Virus record (IMG/VR): IMGVR_UViG_3300037225_000305
DNA length: 57,512 nt
Origin: a virus
Strand: one strand, 5' to 3'
Shown here one piece after another: positions 10,101 through 16,478 of the stretch. The position numbers were made by a program, and so were the translations under genes. A model generated the notes under the pieces. The model searched no databases. It was given only the letters and a program-made list of their open reading frames with translations, and had not been told where the DNA came from. The first letter of the stretch is position 1. Each line of letters begins with the position of its first letter.

Positions 10101-10895
10101 TTGGTCGAAACACGGAGACCCGTTGTACGGGTTGTAGTCGATAGGTGAGATCACAAGATACCCCCCATTAGGAGGCGAGACAGATCCGGGAGACTGCACA
10201 ACCGAGTAGCCGCTAAATACTAGGCCAGAACTCGACATATCCTCCGTCAACGTGTTGTACTTCCCGCCACCGAACTTCACCTGCTGGGAGAACAGCCCGT
10301 CTCCAAGTACCGTCGTCCTTCCATTCACAAACAAGCCGAGATTGGTTATCCCGGTTGACAGGTATAGCCCCGTCGTATTCGACCACATGAAATTCGATGA
10401 ACCGCCGAACACGCCCGATGTCCCCACCTGTACCGACCCATCCGGCCCACTGGGAAGGCACGATGCAAAAGAAATGGCTCCAGGGGTGCCGGAATACCAG
10501 CACCCCGTACCGCTCGTAGACGGCAGCGTCCACCCGAACCCAAACACGTCGATGTCGCCGAACGTGACCGCCGAAGGCATAGCAGGCGTGCCGCCCGACA
10601 ACTGCACGTCAACATGCCCATTCGGAGTGTACAGAAAATAGTGCCCGGTGGAATCGGCAGTCGTCGGATTTGAGATTGGGGTGGACCCGGCAGCGTCGGA
10701 GAACAGACTCGCCCGCGTCCCGCCGCTCCCCGTCACGTACACGTTCACCACGCAGAACGGATACGATCCTTGAACCTTCGTGGTCGAGGTCTGCCCTGAA
10801 GTTACGACGGGACGGTTGCCGATCTGGCACCATCCCTGGACTCGATCCATGCAATGCGCCGAGCACGCCAGCGCCAACAACAGCAACGTCTTCAT
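7116..10895 (-). CDS. Large tail-fibre-like protein (1259 aa) with N-terminal signal-peptide-like segment
   Basis: MKTLLLLALACSAHC N-terminus; repeated TPGGxNTQxQFNxxGxFGGSSxxTW modules; NVGIGT(T/A)xPxxxL(E/D)(I/V)AG motifs typical of fibre proteins. Confidence 0.7.
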   Translation of the reverse strand: MKTLLLLALACSAHCMDRVQGWCQIGNRPVVTSGQTSTTKVQGSYPFCVVNVYVTGSGGTRASLFSDAAGSTPISNPTTADSTGHYFLYTPNGHVDVQLSGGTPAMPSAVTFGDIDVFGFGWTLPSTSGTGCWYSGTPGAISFASCLPSGPDGSVQVGTSGVFGGSSNFMWSNTTGLYLSTGITNLGLFVNGRTTVLGDGLFSQQVKFGGGKYNTLTEDMSSSGLVFSGYSVVQSPGSVSPPNGGYLVISPIDYNPYNGSPCFDQWGNPVQQPLPVTGGTFGPHDTVLWVGTSPSMPLNGSCGQPLPGYVDNFWGLNSSTYIFARGGFATDNSGYNSIQSLLGGSYIRLGETLDQGIYLQAHATSTGLNTPSASCVQIESIANCYGGFAYQGGSKFWYFNNTSRSWNTVDFAGGGGGGTPGGGNTQIQYNDSGSFAGSAKLTWSDGPGQLTITGYALATVGFLSTGTNTNSIQTPNGGVTAKWLIGTDSLFLAEETAPALSAAGQARVYADSSTHHLLISQNGGAYSAFGGGGTPGGVNTSVQFNNSGTLGGDTYFYYNSGTHLLTVQALSSSVAGIAVGSGFVQADQGFIATPGTCVQYNCVQAPTGGAAALSFTAANYIQIGSHAGAPSLTTSDAQHPGLLYWDTVAGNPQIWNGSAYVALATGGATSPGGASTNIQFNSAGSFGGSSALTWTAASTLLNVTTPSAIAGINVTNGYVQSDSGFETPSSLVNAVQAPNGGVEGKWIYAGDSLFLAEEAAPALSAAGQARIYASSSTHTLLVSQNGGAYAALGGGGGTPGGSNTQVQFNNSGAFGGSSNFTWNNSTQLLTVNALSSANAGLAVSTGFVQSDAGFVSIACAQYNCFQPVNFGGTLVGGMAALSFTAKNYIQTGNSSGVPALTTGDAIHAGGQYFDTGSGTAKVYNGTTWQNISPWLTSGTSVYYNGGNVGIGTTIPHAKVEIAGSAITQDYTSETELILTRPGTANVSQATAAAFALGRYNIGTSDANTRLDIKLANSAGPTTEVTVMSLSSNGNVGIGTASPSYTLDVAGTINSSGAATFGTVTSTGVVQSSAVGSAIAFQTASPYNFQVDGNGNISGAGSANLIGGYKVAGTSVIDANRNGSLATLAVYTPSGYGIQDNSPSGSYLAKLTVGTGGCPACGPSSFSQPTRALGVTYQNNNSNPRFVSMSIRYAGSWLGGIGCSMGPTSPGSTYNAWAGSGSVGATLGLTLSGSFIVPPSWYYYCVPGSGLAVDVWDEWN
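8103..9662 (-). repeat. Intragenic (A-B)x2 tandem duplication in the fibre gene, period about 254 aa (about 762 nt)
   Basis: Residues about 412-665 and 666-931 align module for module (for example FLAEE(T/A)APALSAAGQAR(V/I)YA, QYNC(V/F)QxxxxGG..AALSFTAxNYIQ). Coordinates derived by counting residues. Confidence 0.7.
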
Positions 10896-11207
10896 CTACT
10901 TCTCCTTTGTCGGAGCCGCCACACACTGTACCGTCTCCGCATTGAACTGCGCCCCGCCGTCCGCACAGGTCTTCGCCAACGCCTGCGAGGCCGACTCGTA
11001 CTTCGCCGCGACCGGCTCTTTCTTGAACGCTTCCTCGTACCGACGCTGTAGCGTCAGCCAGTCCCGCTGCACCAGCAGGAATTCCGCCCGGTCCTTGTCG
11101 GCAACGGTCGGAAGAGTCTTCGCGGCGTGAACATTCGGCGCAACCTTGGCGTCTTGGGCGAACCCGAGGCCCGTCATCAGAATAGCAATCGTCAGGAACA
11201 GTTTCAT
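10896..11207 (-). CDS. Small secreted-type protein (103 aa)
   Basis: Internal ATG gives MKLFLTIAILMTGLGFAQD (n-h-c signal-peptide shape); stop abuts the fibre gene ATG (10895). Confidence 0.5.
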   Translation of the reverse strand: MKLFLTIAILMTGLGFAQDAKVAPNVHAAKTLPTVADKDRAEFLLVQRDWLTLQRRYEEAFKKEPVAAKYESASQALAKTCADGGAQFNAETVQCVAAPTKEK

Positions 11208-11252
11208 GCCCTTCACGTTACACCCAAGCAAGAAAGGATGCAACAAACTCGC

Positions 11253-11270
11253 ATCGGGGATCTACCTGAT
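11253..11270 (+). promoter_or_regulatory. Conserved intergenic motif, copy a (ATCGGGGATCTACCTGAT)
   Basis: 15/18-nt core GGGGAT(C/G)TACC(C/T)GAT recurs at 17651..17665 and 26961..26978, always intergenic on the + strand. Confidence 0.4.
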
Positions 11271-11354
11271 TGTCAGGATTTTTTGAAAGCGCGACACTGG
11301 TTCTGCGGCGGGACAACCGTCAGGACCGGGCCATCGCGTCAGCTTAGGCTCTCT

Positions 11355-11373
11355 GGAACCCGCCGCGAAAGGA
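11355..11373 (+). promoter_or_regulatory. 19-nt RBS-containing leader repeat, copy 1 (GGAACCCGCCGCGAAAGGA)
   Basis: Identical 19-mer at 11588..11606; each copy ends 4-8 nt before a start codon. Confidence 0.4.
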
Positions 11374-11381
11374 GATTCAAA

Positions 11382-11588
11382 GTGAGAAAGCCGAAGAGCA
11401 CCAGAAATAACGGACATGCTCCGTGTAGACCGGGTGTGTCCCACCGCGTCTATTGCCCAGTTTGCCCGCCATCAATTGCAGGCAACCCCCAAACCGTGCC
11501 GCACATTTCAGTGGGCGCGAAACTCCCCCGCGTGGCCACCTTCTCATGTGGTCATTCAGTGCAGGTAACCGGATCGGCTTATCGGTAG
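11382..11588 (+). CDS. Small zinc-ribbon-like protein (68 aa, GTG start)
   Basis: AAAGGAG 8 nt upstream of GTG; VRKPK...RVYCPVCPPS...FSCGHSV (CxxC...CxH). Confidence 0.4.
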   Translation: MRKPKSTRNNGHAPCRPGVSHRVYCPVCPPSIAGNPQTVPHISVGAKLPRVATFSCGHSVQVTGSAYR

Positions 11589-11606
11589 GAACCCGCCGCG
11601 AAAGGA
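11588..11606 (+). promoter_or_regulatory. 19-nt RBS-containing leader repeat, copy 2
   Basis: Exact copy of 11355..11373; overlaps the stop of the preceding ORF and precedes ATG 11611. Confidence 0.4.
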
Positions 11607-11610
11607 ACGC

Positions 11611-11733
11611 ATGGACACCACGCAAGCACTGGATGAATTGGAAGGGCACCTCAAAATCATCATGGAAGCTCTGCAAGGAGCCAAGGACGATATGCCCACT
11701 CTATTTGACATGGAACCCACGGAGGCAGAATGA
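11611..11733 (+). CDS. Hypothetical acidic microprotein (40 aa)
   Basis: ATG 4 nt after the leader repeat; MDTTQALDELEGHLKIIMEALQGAKDDMPTLFDMEPTEAE. Confidence 0.35.
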   Translation: MDTTQALDELEGHLKIIMEALQGAKDDMPTLFDMEPTEAE

Positions 11734-11876
11734 GCAGCCCATATTCAAAACGCCAACTTTGAAGGATGTTCAAGCATACTACAGAAAATTCGCACGCAAA
11801 GGTGATCTCTATGATCAGGAGGGCAGAAGCCCGCCACGCCCTACGGCTGACCGGCATGACGGGCTCAAAACGAAAA

Positions 11877-11917
11877 GACCCAATCCATCTACTTTCTGAG
11901 GGCTGATGGATTGGGTC
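11877..11917 (-). terminator. Rho-independent terminator candidate for leftward transcription
   Basis: Perfect 13-bp stem GACCCAATCCATC/GATGGATTGGGTC with a 15-nt loop; on the minus strand the stem is followed by TTTTCG. Confidence 0.55.
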
Positions 11918-11969
11918 GTGGTCGGTACCGCACTATTCCGCAGGCTGGCTTGCGACGGTCTGCGATTCA

Positions 11970-12052
11970 GGAGGGTGACCGGATGGTTCCGGAAGCGGTC
12001 CTATAAACCGCAATGCTCTGCCGGGCATGGGGTCCAAATCCCCCACCCTCCT
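11970..12052 (+). tRNA. tRNA-like cloverleaf with long variable arm; nominal anticodon UAU (loop CCUAUAA), non-canonical C33 and C55
   Basis: Hand fold: acceptor GGAGGGT(G)/(C)ACCCTCC 7-8 bp; D arm CCGG-ATGGTT-CCGG; anticodon arm GCGGT-CCTATAA-ACCGC; variable arm ATGC(TC)-..-(GG)GCAT; T arm GGGG-TCCAAAT-CCCC. No encoded CCA. Confidence 0.45.
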
Positions 12053-12097
12053 CTTCCATTCTACCGCCGCCATTGACGCCAGCGCTACAATGAAGTC

Positions 12098-12247
12098 GTG
12101 GCTAACATTCCTAAGGTGCCCCGTGCGGAATTCGAAGCCGTCATCAAGGCGTTACTGGACACACCGCCGATGCCCGCCAGTGCGATAACCGACAAACGCC
12201 CGCGCAAGGACGGCGCGAAGCGGCCAGGGCCGCAGAAGCGCGGATAG
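12098..12247 (+). CDS. Hypothetical basic microprotein (49 aa, GTG start)
   Basis: Hand translation VANIPKVPRAEFEAVIKALLDTPPMPASAITDKRPRKDGAKRPGPQKRG; third-position G/C is high by eye; no obvious SD. Confidence 0.35.
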   Translation: MANIPKVPRAEFEAVIKALLDTPPMPASAITDKRPRKDGAKRPGPQKRG

Positions 12248-12260
12248 CGATTATTGCGCG

Positions 12261-12722
12261 TTAAACGTTCGGCACGATTGATGGTGGATCATCGATCTCC
12301 ACCGCAAATAATCCAGATCGATGATTGAATGCAACATTAACGCGGTCAAAGAAACCACACTGCCCTAGAAGCCCAAGTCCGACATTGTCGAGCCCTATTG
12401 TGAATCCTGCATACACATCTAGGGTAGTGACCCCAGGAAATTCGATTTTGATGGGCCAGTAGAACGTTGGAACCGAGCCGTTTCCTACTCCCAAGGTGTT
12501 GCTCGCTGGTTTTGTGAGCGGATCCAGGCCAAGTTGCAGGGCAAACGACAGGGGGAATGTGCAATGGTCCGCCCCTGAGTCCACAATAGCGTAACACGGC
12601 AACCTGGCACTTCCGTTCAGCAGGTCAATACGCAGAACGGGGCGCTTCGCTGAGTGTCCGGTTGGGAAAGATGGATCTGGCGGGCAAGGGAATACGCCGT
12701 AAGGAATTTGGTGCCAAGCCAC
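12261..12722 (-). CDS. Retropepsin-like (clan AA) aspartic protease (153 aa)
   Basis: Catalytic-type motif AIVDSGADHCTF (DSGA); size and hydrophobic pattern fit single-domain bacterial retropepsin-like proteases; GTG start 8 nt after the upstream stop. Confidence 0.65.
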   Translation of the reverse strand: MAWHQIPYGVFPCPPDPSFPTGHSAKRPVLRIDLLNGSARLPCYAIVDSGADHCTFPLSFALQLGLDPLTKPASNTLGVGNGSVPTFYWPIKIEFPGVTTLDVYAGFTIGLDNVGLGLLGQCGFFDRVNVAFNHRSGLFAVEIDDPPSIVPNV

Positions 12723-12730
12723 CGGAGCGC

Positions 12731-12940
12731 CTAGAATAGAAACGCTGCCGACGACTGGGGCACACGCACAATCACTGGATTTGGCTCGCCCTGTTCCTGG
12801 GCTTTGCGAATTGCATCCTTCAGTTCGGCCGCATATGCCAGAACGCGGTCTTCGTTCTGTGAAAGTGCGACCCAGGCTCCTCGCGGAATGCCTTCGAGGA
12901 GTTTATCGAAGTCATGAACCATCGGTGCCATTGTTGCCAT
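12731..12940 (-). CDS. Small DUF5678-like protein (69 aa)
   Basis: ATG 12940 preceded by GAGGAAGGAG; the pattern GAWVALSQNEDRVLAYAAELKDAIRKAQEQGEPNPVIVRVP matches my recollection of the DUF5678 family, which is often next to retropepsin-like genes. Confidence 0.5.
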   Translation of the reverse strand: MATMAPMVHDFDKLLEGIPRGAWVALSQNEDRVLAYAAELKDAIRKAQEQGEPNPVIVRVPQSSAAFLF

Positions 12941-13073
12941 TTCACTCCTTCCTCTAGTAGACGACATATCCAGCATGTTTGGACTCAGCATTGTGCCCCA
13001 TTTTGGCATCAAACAAGACACTACGCCATAGAAACAGTACCAAGTACTCTTCCACGGATATTTTATTAAATTC

Positions 13074-13102
13074 TTGACTAAACCCTATATTACCTTTAGG
13101 TT
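13074..13102 (+). promoter_or_regulatory. Sigma70-like rightward promoter candidate in an AT-rich divergent region
   Basis: TTGACT, 17 nt, TAGGTT; lies in the AT-rich gap 13022..13184 between the leftward cassette and the rightward early genes. Confidence 0.3.
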
Positions 13103-13346
13103 GCAAGGCAATGATAGCATTAAAGCGTAAGGTGTTTACCTGATCTCTACCTATAGCTGCACCCTATCGCTGACCCAAAGAACAGTGCTGCAAAACACAC
13201 AGCTACCCCGCTTATTGAGTGTTGAAGCTCAGCGCGAGATTCTCAAGTGTATTTGCCACCGGCCTGTCACCGCTACCCATTGTGGTGTGGAAATGGTTCA
13301 GCCCGCACTGCTTGGAACCCATGAGCCTGTTTGGAGGAATTCAGTA

Positions 13347-13508
13347 ATGCACCTGAACGAACGCTACCAATCCCACTGCCGCTGGTGTTGGAAGGTCCAC
13401 GAGGACGATTCCTACATCCAAGCCATTCGCAAGACGGAAGAACATGAGCGGCAGTGCCCCCGCAAGCCTCAAGCCAAGGAACCCGCGCCTCGGGAGGCCG
13501 CAAAGTGA
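13347..13508 (+). CDS. Small Cys/His-rich protein (53 aa)
   Basis: GGAGGA 9 nt upstream of ATG 13347; MHLNERYQSHCRWCWKVHEDD...ERQCPRK. The longer track ORF from 13185 starts at GTG without an SD. Confidence 0.45.
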   Translation: MHLNERYQSHCRWCWKVHEDDSYIQAIRKTEEHERQCPRKPQAKEPAPREAAK

Positions 13509-13531
13509 GCGACTTCATCCTCGGAGTGGCA

Positions 13532-13750
13532 TTAGCCTGCGCTCTCCGCTACCTCGTTCTCATCCTCTCCGACATCGAGCGCAACACCCGACAACGCTGA
13601 TTTGTACGCGGCACTAACGCCAAGACCTTGACGAATAAGGGGCATCGCCACACGGTCCAGCGCACGGATCGCCGCCCACCCCTCCAACTTCCGCGCCGAC
13701 GACGTGATTTTTTGCGATGCCACTTGACAAGTGTACCCCGAAAGGCGCAT
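13532..13750 (-). CDS. Leftward hypothetical protein (72 aa; may extend to ATG 13870)
   Basis: Protein-like MRLSGYTCQVASQKITSSARKLEGWAAIRALDRVAMPLIRQGLGV...; third-position G/C about two-thirds by hand count. The opposite-strand track ORF here is Arg-rich shadow. Confidence 0.4.
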   Translation of the reverse strand: MRLSGYTCQVASQKITSSARKLEGWAAIRALDRVAMPLIRQGLGVSAAYKSALSGVALDVGEDENEVAESAG

Positions 13751-13843
13751 ATTGTTCTCGTTCAGTCTTGCAAGCTGAATAGCAGGAATCTGAGACGACC
13801 GGGACGGCAGTCGAGTCCCGGCCCGGTCATCAGACTCGACCAG

Positions 13844-14155
13844 ATGAACAACGATCAATCGTCCATACATCCCGTTACCGACATCGTAGAAGACCGGATG
13901 CGCCGCGCTTTCGCAGGCGAAGACGTAGGCCTCACTTCCGGATTGACCTACGGTCAGTACTTCCCCGCTCCCACTGAGGACGAGACGCGAATGGCAATCG
14001 CCCGCACCAACTACGAGCGAGGGCGCGATGCCGAAAGAGAAGCCTGCGCCCAACTCGCAGACATGTTTGACACAGGGAAATACTACACGGAAGATGCACG
14101 TGCAAGGGCTATCGCCGCCGCCATCCGCGCACGCTCCCAGGAGTCCCCACGGTGA
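13844..14155 (+). CDS. Hypothetical early protein (103 aa)
   Basis: ATG 13844; strong third-position G/C bias; stop overlaps the next start (GTGA). Confidence 0.55.
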   Translation: MNNDQSSIHPVTDIVEDRMRRAFAGEDVGLTSGLTYGQYFPAPTEDETRMAIARTNYERGRDAEREACAQLADMFDTGKYYTEDARARAIAAAIRARSQESPR

Positions 14156-14523
14156 AGCTCACCTTCAAAACTCGCACCGGCTACCTGATCGAAACATCTC
14201 AGGTTGACACCGAAAAAGAACTCTTCAAAGCCACCGCCAACCTCCAAGCCATCTTCGCCGCCGAAGACTCCTGCGGTTGCTGCCAATCCCCCTACATCTC
14301 CTACCGCTTCCGCACCATCGACGAGAACGACTACTACGATCTCGTCTGCAACGCCTGTTCCGCTTCCTTCCGCTTCGGTCAAACCCGCAAGGGTTCCCTT
14401 TTCCCAAAACGCAAGGACGACCAGAACCAGCCCCTTCCTAATCGCGGCTGGTCCGTCTGGAAATCCCTCCCCGAAGCCAAGAACAACGCTCTCGTTTCTC
14501 AACCTCGCAAGGTGTCGCAATGA
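14152..14523 (+). CDS. Hypothetical Cys-containing protein (123 aa, GTG start)
   Basis: GTGA coupling to the upstream gene; CGCC...CNAC pattern; protein-like composition. Confidence 0.6.
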   Translation: MKLTFKTRTGYLIETSQVDTEKELFKATANLQAIFAAEDSCGCCQSPYISYRFRTIDENDYYDLVCNACSASFRFGQTRKGSLFPKRKDDQNQPLPNRGWSVWKSLPEAKNNALVSQPRKVSQ

Positions 14524-14816
14524 CACAACTGGTCCAGGACTTCCCGCAAAGTCCGAACTCGCCGTATCCCCAGGGAAGGCTCACGACTGATTCCGTGCGC
14601 CCTGGTCTATCCGGCGTCCGCCGCATCCCTGCCTCTGCCGTGTTAGAGATTCTTCAACCGAATCTGATTGAGGCATGTGCCAAGCGCGTAAATCCTCAAA
14701 AAGCCCCCCGTTTAACCCGCTCGTGCAACTCACGTCTCCGGGGATCGGATTCGGGCTCTGTCGCAACCGCCCTGATGTCCGGCGAAACACTTGTCGCCGT
14801 AAGTTGCCCTGGATAG
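14520..14816 (+). CDS. Doubtful ORF (98 aa), ATGA-coupled to the upstream gene
   Basis: ATG overlaps the upstream stop, but the composition is S/P/R-rich and third-position bias fades after about 35 codons. Confidence 0.25.
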   Translation: MTQLVQDFPQSPNSPYPQGRLTTDSVRPGLSGVRRIPASAVLEILQPNLIEACAKRVNPQKAPRLTRSCNSRLRGSDSGSVATALMSGETLVAVSCPG

Positions 14817-15708
14817 TCGTCCATTGCACTGAATCGAAAGGCGCTAGTCGAAAGATGCGGCCACCGGACTACAAGCCGGGAGGGGGTGGGGGGTAGCTCT
14901 CATTGCGCCCGGTTGTCACGTCCTCGCCCCATCCCACCCGTCAGAAACAGCCTGCTCCCCACCGCATCCCCGCCTCAAAAAAACACCGCCGCCCACCCAG
15001 AAAAAATCCCCCCAAGAAAAATGCTCTATCGGCATCAGTAAGGCCAATCGCACGGGAGGAGCCCCCTGGACAATCCCGACGCGGCCGGCCTGAGCCTGGC
15101 GCTCGCCGCCGGCCGCCGGACAGAACAGGACACAACGTCACCACGTGGCGTAGGAGCGCGTGCAGGGTCGATAGGCTGTAACCCACGGTGATACCCCCTA
15201 CGGCGCGCTGTAGGCCCTGGAACGCGCGGGAATCGGCATTGTACAGACTATCAGGGACTATGCCGGACGCCCTCCGCCTATCTCACATTCTGTAGATACT
15301 GCGACGGTATCGCGCATCCCTTTTGTTATCAACGCGATGGGCCGATTGCAGGCCGAATAGCTGCTGGGACGATCGCCGGCTCGCCTGGTAAGCTTGTTAT
15401 GGCCGGCAAGGTGCTCGCGATCCGGCGCGGCGTCTTCGGTTGACGCGATGGCGTTTCGTGACATGTTGGCGTAGTTATGACGGGCGTTATGGCGTGTTGT
15501 TGAGCGGAAAGGGGATAGGTTTGTGTGGGTATTGGAGTACCCGCATTTGGGCACGCGTGATACCCGCAAAGTAGCGTGGCTGATCCCCGCAACGGGGGTC
15601 TTGTGAGGGGGATTGAGTAGGCGCATGATGGATTCAGGTAGGGGAGCAACGCACCTGGCAGATTCAGGGAACAGCGCGCGACCCTACCGGGCCTGAGGAG
15701 GCAATCCG
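14817..15708. other. Coding desert (about 0.9 kb; 1.2 kb if 14520..14816 is non-coding) with several structured or low-complexity elements
   Basis: Only short, Arg/Pro-rich ORFs on both strands. Contains a G-run at 14878..14893, a C/A-rich G-poor tract at about 14921..15022, a 9-bp GC inverted repeat at 15081..15116, a G/T-rich GGCGT cluster at 15429..15495, and phased repeats at 15538..15606. Confidence 0.5.
15538..15606 (+). repeat. Three 23-bp-phased direct repeats T(A/C)CCCGCA-N12-TGA (iteron-like)
   Basis: TACCCGCA at 15538, TACCCGCA at 15561, TCCCCGCA at 15584; spacing is exactly 23 nt and each unit ends in TGA. Confidence 0.5.
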
Positions 15709-16029
15709 ATGCAACGGTACACGATACAAGACGGAGCTACGACGTACACGCGAATCAGCAAGTCTGATGCGCGCAAGATGTTTGACGCGGGAGAGGTATT
15801 CTACATCACCGCGCACAAGATGCGACCTGGCTTCCCTTTTTCGCTGGGAACGACGATAGACGGAGCGCACGTGCGGGCGGAGCGGAGATTGAGCCCCACG
15901 TATCCGACGCTGGAAAGTCTGTTTGATGCGACGGTGACGGAGTTCTGCTGGTACAACGCGAATTGCCATGAGACGGGGTTGTATGCGGCGTTTTACCGGA
16001 TGGCGGAGCAGAAACCGCGCGTGGCGTAG
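15709..16029 (+). CDS. Hypothetical protein (106 aa)
   Basis: ATG preceded by CCTGAGGAGGCAATCCG (the same leader recurs before 16479); protein-like. Confidence 0.65.
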   Translation: MQRYTIQDGATTYTRISKSDARKMFDAGEVFYITAHKMRPGFPFSLGTTIDGAHVRAERRLSPTYPTLESLFDATVTEFCWYNANCHETGLYAAFYRMAEQKPRVA

Positions 16030-16109
16030 TACTGGTGACCGGTGTTTCCCCGATTGCAACGGGCTTTTGCAAGGTTCATAGTGGGGATACGGTTGAGGAG
16101 CCGAAAACG

Positions 16110-16451
16110 ATGGCATACACGATTTGCGATAGAAACGGAGATTGCCGGCCGCTGCGGTTGATTGTTCCGAACGTGCACGGCGTGCCGGAGGTCAAGGCGG
16201 AATTCACACCGTTTTGGTGGGTCTGCGATCCGTGCAATAGCTCGGAGAAACGGTACTCCGTGGAGTATAACTCCGCGCAGGAGACACCGACGTATTTGTC
16301 GTGGTACCAGGTGGTGACGACGGACGATAGCGCGGAAGATGTGGCGGTGAAGGTGGCGTACTACGCGCGGGTGATTGCGGCTCGAAACGCGCTGGATGCG
16401 GCAAGTGTGGAGTATCGGCGTTTGACGGGGTGCGGGGAAACGGGCGCATAG
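16110..16451 (+). CDS. Hypothetical protein (113 aa)
   Basis: GAGGAG about 9 nt upstream of ATG 16110; MAYTICDRNGDCRPLRLIVPN... Confidence 0.55.
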   Translation: MAYTICDRNGDCRPLRLIVPNVHGVPEVKAEFTPFWWVCDPCNSSEKRYSVEYNSAQETPTYLSWYQVVTTDDSAEDVAVKVAYYARVIAARNALDAASVEYRRLTGCGETGA

Positions 16452-16478
16452 TGGAATAGACCTGAGGAGGTCAATCAG

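Noticed and set aside
7116-10895. Diversity-generating retroelement targeting the fibre genes
   Set aside because: No reverse transcriptase (no YxDD-type motif in any ORF) and no template-repeat copy of a fibre 3' end was noticed.
11970-12052. Amber-suppressor tRNA and alternative genetic code (the loop contains CUA)
   Set aside because: TAG terminates many well-supported genes here (for example stops at 5902, 10896, 12731, 17649, 18882, 44861 and 46835), and all large genes are intact under the standard code. In a 7-nt loop CUA is not in anticodon register.
13628-14155. Full-length 175-aa plus-strand ORF
   Set aside because: The N-terminal 70 residues are Arg-rich shadow of the leftward gene 13532..13750. 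Only the part from ATG 13844 shows coding-type third-position bias.
14878-14893. G-run as a G-quadruplex element
   Set aside because: The tract arrangement (G3-A-G5-T-G6) allows a G4 only with a zero-length loop or two-tetrad geometry. I cannot evaluate this without a predictor, so it is folded into the coding-desert finding.
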